In this document: positions 14,473-21,670 of the stretch, piece after piece
How positions within the stretch are numbered: the first letter of the stretch is position 1
How the letters are laid out: every line of letters begins with the position of its first letter
Virus record (IMG/VR): IMGVR_UViG_3300019458_000018
Location: 1-40,197 of that record
Strand: one strand, 5' to 3'
DNA length: 40,197 bases
Source: a virus
Program-made: the position numbers and the translations under genes
The notes under the pieces: model-generated
What the model was told of the DNA's origin: nothing
What the model saw: the letters and a program-made list of their open reading frames with translations, nothing else
Databases searched by the model: none

Positions 14473-15333
14473 GTGAGCTGGCAGGCGCTCCGCTCCCTCG
14501 ACTCACCACAAGCAGCCGCCGAGCTGTATCTCCGCCTCGGCCTCTCCCCGATCGCGCTCTGGGCGCCGCTCCACGGGGGGTGCTCGTGTCCGCGCGGCGC
14601 GGACTGCGAGGCGCCCGGCAAGCACCCGTCTCACCCCGCGTGGCAGCGCGAGCGGCCCGTCCCGGGCACGCTGCTCCGCGAGCTCGGCGCATGGCCCCGC
14701 AACGTGGGGCTGCGCACCGGGACCCAGCCGAGCGGACGCGCCCTGCTCGTCGTCGACGTCGACGGCGGACGCGGGCCGCTCGCGGCGCTCGGAGAGCGGC
14801 TCGGCGCGCCGCTGCCCCGCACGCTCTGCGCTCGTACCGCACGCGGCTGGCATCTCGTCTACGCGGCGCCTCCGGACCAGCGCAACGCCGTGCGCCTCGG
14901 GGGGATCGCTGGGGTGGACGTGCGGGCCGAGGGTGGACAGATCGTCGCCCCGCCCTCCGTGCATGTGACCGGCGCGCGCTACCGCTGGACGCTCGCCATG
15001 CGCCCCGTCGCCGCTCCCGCCGCTCTGCTCGCTCTGCTCGCTCCGCCCCCGCGCGTCGCCCCTGTCCGCCACGAGCGCCGCGGAGACGGAGCGGGCGAGC
15101 GCGCGCTCGCGAAGGTCTGCGACTCCGTCGCTCGAGCCGGCGCGGGCACGCGGCACGACGCCGCCTTCCGGGGCGCAGTCTGGCTCGGCGCCCGGATCGC
15201 CGAGGGGCTCGATCTCGACGAGGCCCGGGCGGCGCGCGCGCTGGTCGATGCGGCCATGACAGCCGGGCTCTCCCAGCACGAGGCGGAGCGGTGCGCGCGT
15301 GACGGCATCGGCCTCGGCAGGCGCAGCGCATGA
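14473..15333 (+). CDS. Bifunctional primase-polymerase (Prim-Pol) domain protein
   Basis: Motifs: CSCPRGADCEAPGKHP, NVGLRTG...LLVVDVDG, TARGWHLVY, GVDVRAEGGQIVAPPSVH..G..YRW. Confidence 0.8.
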   Translation: MSWQALRSLDSPQAAAELYLRLGLSPIALWAPLHGGCSCPRGADCEAPGKHPSHPAWQRERPVPGTLLRELGAWPRNVGLRTGTQPSGRALLVVDVDGGRGPLAALGERLGAPLPRTLCARTARGWHLVYAAPPDQRNAVRLGGIAGVDVRAEGGQIVAPPSVHVTGARYRWTLAMRPVAAPAALLALLAPPPRVAPVRHERRGDGAGERALAKVCDSVARAGAGTRHDAAFRGAVWLGARIAEGLDLDEARAARALVDAAMTAGLSQHEAERCARDGIGLGRRSA

Positions 15334-16661
15334 CCGAGCCGCCCGACGACGCCTCGCCGCTCTTCGACGACGACGAGCCCGGCTCGCCACCACCGCCCGC
15401 GCTCCGCGCCGTCGGCCCCGAGGACGATGAGCCCGCGTGGTACCGCGCGCTCGCGCGCACCGACCAGGGGCGCCCGCGCAAGACCGCCGGCAACCTTGCG
15501 CTCCTGCTCCTCCACGACGAGGCGTGGCGCGACGTCTTCCGCCATGAGGTCTTCGCCGGCGGTGTGCTCTGCGGCGGATTCCCTCCGCTCCCTCGCATCC
15601 CCGAGAGCTGGGCCGCCACGCTGCCGCCGCCCGTCTCCACCACGGTCGACGACCATGTGCTCACTTACGTCGAGCACTGGGTCTCGCGGCTCTGGGGGCT
15701 CACCTACGAGCGCAGCATGATCCGCCACGCGATCGATGCCGCCGCTCGGGCGCGCCCGATCCACGCGCTCCAAGCGTACCTCGACGCCTGCGCCGACTCG
15801 TGGGACGGCACGCTCCGCGTCGACTCGTGGTGCCAGACCTACCTCGGCGCCGAGTCCGAGGGCCCAGAGACCGCCTGGATCTCTCGGTGGTGGCTCGTCT
15901 CCTGCGTCGCCCGCGCGTACGACCCGGGCTGCAAGGTCGACCACGTGCTCGTGCTCGAGGGCGAGCAAGGCGCCCGCAAGAACACCGCGCTCGAGGCGCT
16001 CGCGGGCGACCAGTGGTACCTCCCCGAGCTGCCGGACATCCGCGAGAAGGACGCGATGGGCGCGCTCGAGGGCGTCTGGCTCGTCTGCATCGACGAGCTG
16101 CGCGCGATCCGAGCCGCCGACGTCGAGCGCGTCAAGTCGTTCCTCTCGCGACGCATCGACCGCTACCGCCCCCCGTACGGGCGCGAGACCGTGTCGCGGC
16201 CGCGCACCGCCGTTTTCGCCGCCACGACCAACGCTCTGCAGTACCTCACCGACGAGACCGGCGCGCGCCGCTACTGGCCCGTCCGCTGCACCCACGTCGA
16301 CGTCGACGCCATCCGCCGCGACCGTGACCAGCTCTGGGGCGAGGCGGTCCACCTGTACCGCGGCGGCGCGCGCTGGTGGCCAGACACCGCGGAGGAGCGC
16401 TCAGCGCTCGGGGACCTGGTCGAGCGCCGCGACGTCGTCGACGAGTGGGAGGTGGGCGTCGCCCACGAGCTCCGCGGCCTCGACGAGACCACCGTCGGTG
16501 ACTGCCTCACCGCGCTCGGCCTCGAGCGGCGCGACTGGCGCCCCGCCGACCAGCACCGCGTCCGCCGCTGCCTCACCCGCCTCGGCTGGGTGGAGTGCCG
16601 CGCCTCCCGCTCGGAGCGCCGCCGCGTCTGGCGGCGACCCGACCCGACCGACGGCGCCTGA
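15330..16661 (+). CDS. VirE-like / D5-type P-loop NTPase (replicative helicase-primase partner)
   Basis: VLVLEGEQGARKNT (P-loop), LVCIDEL (Walker B-like), RYRPPYGRE...PRTAVFAATTN..YL.D.TG.RRYWPV. The ATGA overlap joins it to the Prim-Pol gene. Confidence 0.8.
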   Translation: MTEPPDDASPLFDDDEPGSPPPPALRAVGPEDDEPAWYRALARTDQGRPRKTAGNLALLLLHDEAWRDVFRHEVFAGGVLCGGFPPLPRIPESWAATLPPPVSTTVDDHVLTYVEHWVSRLWGLTYERSMIRHAIDAAARARPIHALQAYLDACADSWDGTLRVDSWCQTYLGAESEGPETAWISRWWLVSCVARAYDPGCKVDHVLVLEGEQGARKNTALEALAGDQWYLPELPDIREKDAMGALEGVWLVCIDELRAIRAADVERVKSFLSRRIDRYRPPYGRETVSRPRTAVFAATTNALQYLTDETGARRYWPVRCTHVDVDAIRRDRDQLWGEAVHLYRGGARWWPDTAEERSALGDLVERRDVVDEWEVGVAHELRGLDETTVGDCLTALGLERRDWRPADQHRVRRCLTRLGWVECRASRSERRRVWRRPDPTDGA

Positions 16662-16664
16662 GGG

Positions 16665-16694
16665 CCCCCCGCCCCCCCCGCCCCCCCGGCCCCC
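16665..16694 (-). other. C6-g-C8-g-C7-gg-C5 tract (G-quadruplex on the minus strand, i-motif on the plus strand)
   Basis: Read directly, starting 3 nt after the VirE stop codon: ccccccgccccccccgcccccccggccccc. Confidence 0.6.
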
Positions 16695-16755
16695 GGGCCC
16701 GCCACGCCTCTCCACCGTCCGGCCCACGGGCCGAGCCGGGCCGCCCCGCCCTTCG

Positions 16756-17007
16756 GATCCCGGGATCGATCCCGCCCCCCTGCCAGGGAGATCGCAAAGC
16801 CTTCCGCCCACTTGCCCCCCCGATCCCGGGATCCCGGGTCAAAGTGCCCATCCGAGGGGAGGCACTCTCGGCCCGGGGTAGCCCTGGCTGTAGATATCCC
16901 CCTACTATTTCTCTCTCTCTCTATGGGATCGCCGGGATCATGGGACACAAGGCCTCGGATCTACACCCGATCCCCGAGCCCGGGTAGCCCTGGGATCTGG
17001 CGGGATC
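16756..17007. repeat. Iteron/palindrome field: candidate origin, pac site or late regulatory region
   Basis: The 12-bp palindrome GATCCCGGGATC occurs twice (16756..16767 and 16822..16833). It overlaps the palindrome GGGATCGATCCC (16762..16773). There are at least 6 copies of GGGATC. GGGTAGCCCTGG occurs twice (16876..16887 and 16982..16993). A (CT)6 run sits at 16911..16922. Confidence 0.5.
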
Positions 17008-17043
17008 AGCCGGGACCTCGATCGTGGTACTCTCCGCCCGCCG

Positions 17044-17484
17044 ATGGGTACGTCGGCGCATCCACTCGCGAAAAAAGTGGAGTCTGTCCGCGCGCGCGCG
17101 GACGAGCTCTCGCGATTTTCTGCGCCGCAGAAGGTGACGCGGGTGCTGCAGGCGTACCTCGAGATAGCCGACCAGGCGCTGGCGTACGAGCGGACGTGGG
17201 TCGGGTCGGACGGTCGGACGCGGACGGAGCCGCTGCCGCACTTCGAGGTCGCGCGGAAGTGCTGGGACAGCATCGGTCGCGTGCTCCGGGTGATGGGCCC
17301 CGATGTCGTGGTCGAAGTGGGTGCGGGCACGCGGCCGATGGCGACGCTGGCAGCGGCGGCGGTGCGGCGGAGGGAGGACCGGATGCTGCTGTACGAGGCG
17401 CTCCGGGCGGGCGGGCACGCTGCGGAGGCAGCGGCGGAGCTTGGGCTCGTGGTAGTCACGACGACGGAAGGAGAGAGCGTATGA
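17044..17484 (+). CDS. Hypothetical protein, first gene of the late operon (possible small terminase or regulator)
   Basis: 146 aa with a C-terminal HTH-like stretch (RMLLYEALRAGGHAAEAAAELGL). The stop overlaps the next ATG (ATGA). The function is guessed from position only. Confidence 0.6.
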   Translation: MGTSAHPLAKKVESVRARADELSRFSAPQKVTRVLQAYLEIADQALAYERTWVGSDGRTRTEPLPHFEVARKCWDSIGRVLRVMGPDVVVEVGAGTRPMATLAAAAVRRREDRMLLYEALRAGGHAAEAAAELGLVVVTTTEGESV

Positions 17485-17879
17485 TCCTGGAGCTGCTGGA
17501 CGATCGTGTGCTGGTCGAGCCGGACCGCGAGGAGTACACGACCGGGGCGGGCATCGTGCTCGCGCTCGGGACGGACGCGAGCGCGAAGAAGGGGCGCATC
17601 GCTGTGCGACGAGGACGCGTAGTCGCCTGCGGGCCGGGCCGCGTGACGGAGCGCGGCGACCGCGTGGCCATCACGGTGCGCCCGGGCGACTACGTCTGGT
17701 ACTCGGTGATGCTCGCGGTCGAGCTGCGCTGGTCCACCGGCGACGAGTCGCGGCCGAGCGTGGACCTCGTGCTCTGCGAGGAGGGCGACCTGTGGGGCGT
17801 GGAGCGCGAGGGCGCGTGGGCGTTCGCGCCGATGGCGCGGGGCGCGGTCGCGCCTGTAGGCACCAGGATCCTGGCGTGA
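17481..17879 (+). CDS. GroES/Cpn10-like co-chaperonin
   Basis: LLDDRVLVEPDREEYTTGAGIVLA, GRVVACGPGRVTERGDRVAITVRPGDYVWYS and LVLCEEGDLWGV are collinear with E. coli GroES ([24 protein letters not shown] / GEVLAVGNGR...VKVGDIVIFN / VLIMSESDILAI). An SD-like GGAAGGAGAG precedes the ATG. Confidence 0.75.
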   Translation: MILELLDDRVLVEPDREEYTTGAGIVLALGTDASAKKGRIAVRRGRVVACGPGRVTERGDRVAITVRPGDYVWYSVMLAVELRWSTGDESRPSVDLVLCEEGDLWGVEREGAWAFAPMARGAVAPVGTRILA

Positions 17880-18706
17880 GCGTCTACCTCATCGCGGAGG
17901 TCGGCACGACACACGACGGCAGCCTCGGCAACGCGCTCGCGCTCGTCGATGCGCTGTCGGTCGGCGAGTATCCCGTCAACGCGGTGAAGTTCCAGGACCA
18001 CTTCGCCGACATCTCCAGTCTCGACTCGCCCGCGCCGTGCCCTCGCGGGTTCCTCGCGCCCGTCGAGTCGCGGCGCGAGTACCTCGAGCGCGTGAGCGCG
18101 TGGGGCGCGCGCGAGTGGCGTGCGCTCCGTGACGCGGCCCGGCGGCGCAAGATCGACTACGTCGTCTCGCCGTTCTCGGTGGCCGCTGCCGAGCGGCAGT
18201 GGCAGTGGTGCGAGCCGGACCGCTGGAAGGTCGCCTCGGGCCAGGCGACGAACCTCGCGATGCTCGCGTTTCTGGGGGGCACGGGTCGCCCGGTCATCCT
18301 GTCGGCGGGCCTAGTGACGGCCGACGAGCGGCAGGTCGCCGACGACGCTCTGCGCGCCGCCGGCTGCACGGACATCGCGTGGCTGTGCTGCACGAGCGAG
18401 TACCCGTGCCCGCCCGAGCACGCGCGGTACCAGGAGTGGCGGTACTTCGATGGTCTCTCCGACCACACGCGAGGGAAGTGGGCGCCCATCGCAGCGGTGG
18501 CCCGCGGGGCGCGCATCCTCGAGAAGCACGTCACGCTAGACACGCGGATGTACGGCTCGGATGCGTGGCACTCGATGAGCGTCGAGGAGTTCCGGGCGCT
18601 CTGCGAGGAGCTGGCGGCGCTCGAGGTGGCGATGACCAGCGGGATGCGCGGGTGGATCCCGACCGGCGCGCGAGAGCGCTACCTGTACCGGGAGCCCGGG
18701 ACATGA
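17876..18706 (+). CDS. neuB: NeuB-family nonulosonic (sialic) acid synthase, TIM-barrel part only
   Basis: Motifs: YLIAEVGTTHDGSLGNALALVDA..NAVKFQ, VVSPFS, WKVASGQATNLAMLAF, GRPVILSAGL, LCCTSEYPCPPE, GLSDHT, ARILEKHVTLD. At 276 aa it has no room for the C-terminal SAF domain. Confidence 0.85.
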   Translation: MSVYLIAEVGTTHDGSLGNALALVDALSVGEYPVNAVKFQDHFADISSLDSPAPCPRGFLAPVESRREYLERVSAWGAREWRALRDAARRRKIDYVVSPFSVAAAERQWQWCEPDRWKVASGQATNLAMLAFLGGTGRPVILSAGLVTADERQVADDALRAAGCTDIAWLCCTSEYPCPPEHARYQEWRYFDGLSDHTRGKWAPIAAVARGARILEKHVTLDTRMYGSDAWHSMSVEEFRALCEELAALEVAMTSGMRGWIPTGARERYLYREPGT

Positions 18707-19293
18707 GGGTCGAGCTGGTCATCCCAGCACGCGGAGGCAGCGTCCGCCTCCCGCGCAAGAACCTCGAGAAGATCGGCGGGCGGACGCTCGTCGAGTGGGC
18801 GATCCGCCCGCACGCCGGCGCGACGCCGTGGGTGATCACGGACGACGCGGAGATCGCGGCGGTGGCGTACGCCGCGGGGGCGCATGTCTTGCGCGACCAC
18901 CCGGGTGACGGGCCGATGGCGCGCGTGGCGATGGCGGCGGCCGAGGCGCTCGGGCTGCACGGCGGCCATGGGCTCGTGATCGTGCAGCCCACGACGCCGC
19001 TGAGGGAGTGGCGGGGCGTCGCGCGCGTGGTCAAGGCGCTGCTCGACGGCCATCCGCGAGCGGTCACGGTCGACGCTCGAGGCACCGGGCGGCGCACGGG
19101 CAGCGCGTACGGCGCGCTCGTGCAGCACTGGGCAGAGGGCGAGCGTCACGGACTCACGCCCGACGAGATGTGGTCGACCGACGAGATGTGGTCGACCGCG
19201 CTGTGCTTCGCGAGCGACGACGGCCCCGATATCGACACGCGGGAGGACCTCGAGGAAGCCCGGCGCCTCTACGCGGGCAGGCAGGCGCCGTGA
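18703..19293 (+). CDS. neuA: Acylneuraminate cytidylyltransferase (CMP-nonulosonic acid synthetase)
   Basis: The N-terminus VIPARGGSVRLPRKNLEKIGGRTLVEWAI is the CTP_transf_3 signature, and the C-terminus carries DIDTREDLEEA. Confidence 0.8.
   Translation: MRVELVIPARGGSVRLPRKNLEKIGGRTLVEWAIRPHAGATPWVITDDAEIAAVAYAAGAHVLRDHPGDGPMARVAMAAAEALGLHGGHGLVIVQPTTPLREWRGVARVVKALLDGHPRAVTVDARGTGRRTGSAYGALVQHWAEGERHGLTPDEMWSTDEMWSTALCFASDDGPDIDTREDLEEARRLYAGRQAP
19161..19196. repeat. Perfect 18-bp tandem duplication inside neuA
   Basis: cgacgagatgtggtcgac at 19161..19178 is repeated exactly at 19179..19196 and encodes DEMWST twice. Confidence 0.97.
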
Positions 19294-20297
19294 GGGTGGC
19301 GTTCGCGGTGCTGTCGCGCGCGAATTGGTCGAGCGTGGCGCCCGTGGCGACGCTGCTCCGGCGCGAGGGGCACGGCGTCGTGCTGCTCCGTGGCGGCTCG
19401 GCGCTGGTCGACCGGTACGGCGCGGGCGGTCTGCCCGAGCTGGGGCCGGGCGAGTACGAGATCCGCGCGCTCGTGGAGGATGGTCCGACGGAGACGGCGT
19501 GCCTCGCGGCGGCGCAGACGGGGGCGATCCTGCGCCGCGAGCGGCCCGACTGGCTCTACGTCGTCGGCGACCGCCACGAGATGCTCGGCGCGGCGATGGC
19601 GGGGGCGTACGAGGGCGTCCCGATCGCGCACCAGATGGGCGGGGAGCGCTCGGGGCTGATCGACGACCGCGTGCGGGACGCGATCAGCGCGCTAGCGACG
19701 CTGCATCTCGCGGCCACCGCGCAGGCGTCGGAGAGGCTGCGCTCGTTCGTCGCGGGCACGGTGGTGCAGACCGGCTGCCCGCGCATCGACGGGGTGCGCG
19801 AAGCGGTGGCGGGCGAGTGGCCTCTACCGGCGGAGTATCTGCTCGTCTACGTACACCCCGCGGACGCCGGAGTGGCGCGGGCCACCATGAGCGCAGCGGT
19901 AGCGACGGGGCTGCCAGTACGTCTGTGCTGGCCGAACGCCGACCCAGGGAGCGCCGCCGTCGTCCGGGAGCTGCGCGAGCACGGGCCAGACGTCGCTGCG
20001 TATCGCGCGCTCAGCCCGGCCCGCTACGCGCTGATGATGCACTCCTGCTCGGTGCTCGTGGGCAACTCCTCGAGCGGGCTCCGCGAGGGCGCGTGGCTCG
20101 GCGTGCCCGCCGTCAATGTGGGCACACGGCAGCAGCTCCGGGAGCGCGCCGCGAACGTGCTGGACGTAGGCCTCGACGCGGGCGCGATCCTGGAGGCTAT
20201 CGACGCGCAGCGCGCGCACGGCCGCTACCAGCGGAGCGACCTCTACGGCGACGGGCACGCGGCGCCACGCATCGTCGCCGCTCTCGGTGGCGCATGA
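19290..20297 (+). CDS. neuC: Hydrolysing UDP-N-acetylglucosamine 2-epimerase (NeuC-type)
   Basis: Motifs: VVGDRHEMLGAAMAG, IAHQMGGERSGLIDDRVRDAISALATLHLA, GCPRIDG, LVGNSSSGLREG, VNVGTRQQ.R. Confidence 0.85.
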   Translation: MRVAFAVLSRANWSSVAPVATLLRREGHGVVLLRGGSALVDRYGAGGLPELGPGEYEIRALVEDGPTETACLAAAQTGAILRRERPDWLYVVGDRHEMLGAAMAGAYEGVPIAHQMGGERSGLIDDRVRDAISALATLHLAATAQASERLRSFVAGTVVQTGCPRIDGVREAVAGEWPLPAEYLLVYVHPADAGVARATMSAAVATGLPVRLCWPNADPGSAAVVRELREHGPDVAAYRALSPARYALMMHSCSVLVGNSSSGLREGAWLGVPAVNVGTRQQLRERAANVLDVGLDAGAILEAIDAQRAHGRYQRSDLYGDGHAAPRIVAALGGA

Positions 20298-21670
20298 GCG
20301 CCGCGCCGATGCCTGCGTTTCCCGAGGCGCCGCGCGACGCGACAGTCATCGTGCAGCGCGAGGTCGACATGGCGCTCGCGACGGGTCGGCGGGTGGTCCA
20401 CGCGTCGCCGCAGGTGCTCGTCGAGAGGTGGTCTGACGTCTGCCGGCGGTACCCGGCCGTGACGGTGATCGGCGACGTTGAGTTCCAGCGGCAGATCGAG
20501 GAGAGCTGCCACATCACTGCGGCGAACGTGGGCAACACCGTCAGTCGCGGGCGCGCGTGGGTCGAGCACGCGATCGACGCGCTGCCCGACCTGCCCCGGT
20601 GGCCGTGGTCCGGAGGGCTCGAGGCGCGCGGGCTGCCGGCGTTCATCGTGGGCGCAGGGCCATCGCTGGATCGGTCCCTCGAGCAGCTCGGCGCGCGCGA
20701 CCTGCGAGACCACGGACTCGTCTTCGCCGTCAACGCTGCCACACGCGCGGTGGGGCATCACATCTGCGTCGGGAACGAGTCGAACGACCAGCGAGGGAAG
20801 ACCGTGCCGCTCGCCGACGCGGTGCTCGTCACGGGGCCGCAGGCGCATCCGGGACTGCGCAGGGAGCACCCGGGCCGCGTCGCGTGGGTATTCGCAGGCG
20901 AGCTCGGCGGCATGCTCGGGCACGTCGTCGGCCGGCCCGTCACGCCGTCGTGCTCCAGCTCGACCTCGCTCGCCGTGAGCCTCGCGCTCGGCGCAGGGTG
21001 CGACCCCATCGTGCTCGTGGGGCAGGATCTCGCGTTCCCCACGGGGACGATCTACGCGGCGGCAGTCGGGGGATTTGGCGGAGCGGCCCCGATCGTCGAC
21101 GGTGCATTCGCGTACGACTGGAGCCCGCGCACGCGAGCGCACCCGCGCGCCTCTCCGCTGCCGACCACGGAGCCCGTCTGCTACGTGCCGGCGTACGGGG
21201 GCGACTCTCAGGTGCCGACCGTGATGCCGATGGCCGCCGTGGGGCGATGGATCAGCGGCGCCGTCGCGTATCACGGACGGCGCCGGGGCATTCAGACGAG
21301 CGAGCTTGGGATGCGCATCGAGGGCTTCGCCGAGCAGCCGCTCGGCGAGGTGCTCGACGCGCTGCCCGTGCGGCCCGTGACGTGGGCGATCCACGACGAG
21401 CCGCTCCGCGGCGAGAGCGTGGAGGCGTTCCGCGCCTCGGAGCTCGCTGCGCTTGCCGCCGTCGTGGCTGCCCCCACGGCGGAGCACGCGGCCCGGAGCA
21501 GGCTGCTCGATCCGTGGGCGTTCGCGGCGGTCGCGCGCTTCCTCGAGGAGCGCCGGGCCGGCCCCGTCGAGGACTACCGCAGCGAGTACCGCCGGGCCCG
21601 GCGCGACCGCGTGCGCCTGCGCGCGCTGCTCCGCGACGAGGCGAGAGAGCTGCTCGCGAGGCTCGGGTGA
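20294..21670 (+). CDS. Maf-like (motility-accessory-factor / DUF115, MptE-like) putative nonulosonic-acid transferase
   Basis: GLPAFIVGAGPSLDRSLEQL and SSSTSLAVSLALGAGCDPIVLVGQDLAFPTGTIYA resemble the two conserved blocks of DUF115/Maf proteins. ATGA overlaps join it to neuC upstream, and a GTGA overlap joins it to the terminase downstream. Confidence 0.65.
   Translation: MSAAPMPAFPEAPRDATVIVQREVDMALATGRRVVHASPQVLVERWSDVCRRYPAVTVIGDVEFQRQIEESCHITAANVGNTVSRGRAWVEHAIDALPDLPRWPWSGGLEARGLPAFIVGAGPSLDRSLEQLGARDLRDHGLVFAVNAATRAVGHHICVGNESNDQRGKTVPLADAVLVTGPQAHPGLRREHPGRVAWVFAGELGGMLGHVVGRPVTPSCSSSTSLAVSLALGAGCDPIVLVGQDLAFPTGTIYAAAVGGFGGAAPIVDGAFAYDWSPRTRAHPRASPLPTTEPVCYVPAYGGDSQVPTVMPMAAVGRWISGAVAYHGRRRGIQTSELGMRIEGFAEQPLGEVLDALPVRPVTWAIHDEPLRGESVEAFRASELAALAAVVAAPTAEHAARSRLLDPWAFAAVARFLEERRAGPVEDYRSEYRRARRDRVRLRALLRDEARELLARLG

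Noticed and set aside
14186-16352. Long minus-strand ORFs (14186..15664 and 14979..16352) antisense to the Prim-Pol and VirE genes
   Set aside because: Extreme Arg/Ala/Gly composition and no motifs. The plus-strand frames carry primase-polymerase and P-loop signatures.
16662-17043. tRNA or small RNA gene in the large intergenic region (for example the GGATC-TACACCC-GATCC stem-loop at 16957..16973)
   Set aside because: I could not build a cloverleaf. The loop does not match a T-loop (TTCRANY) and no acceptor or anticodon arms are evident. A structured ncRNA cannot be excluded without covariance-model searches.
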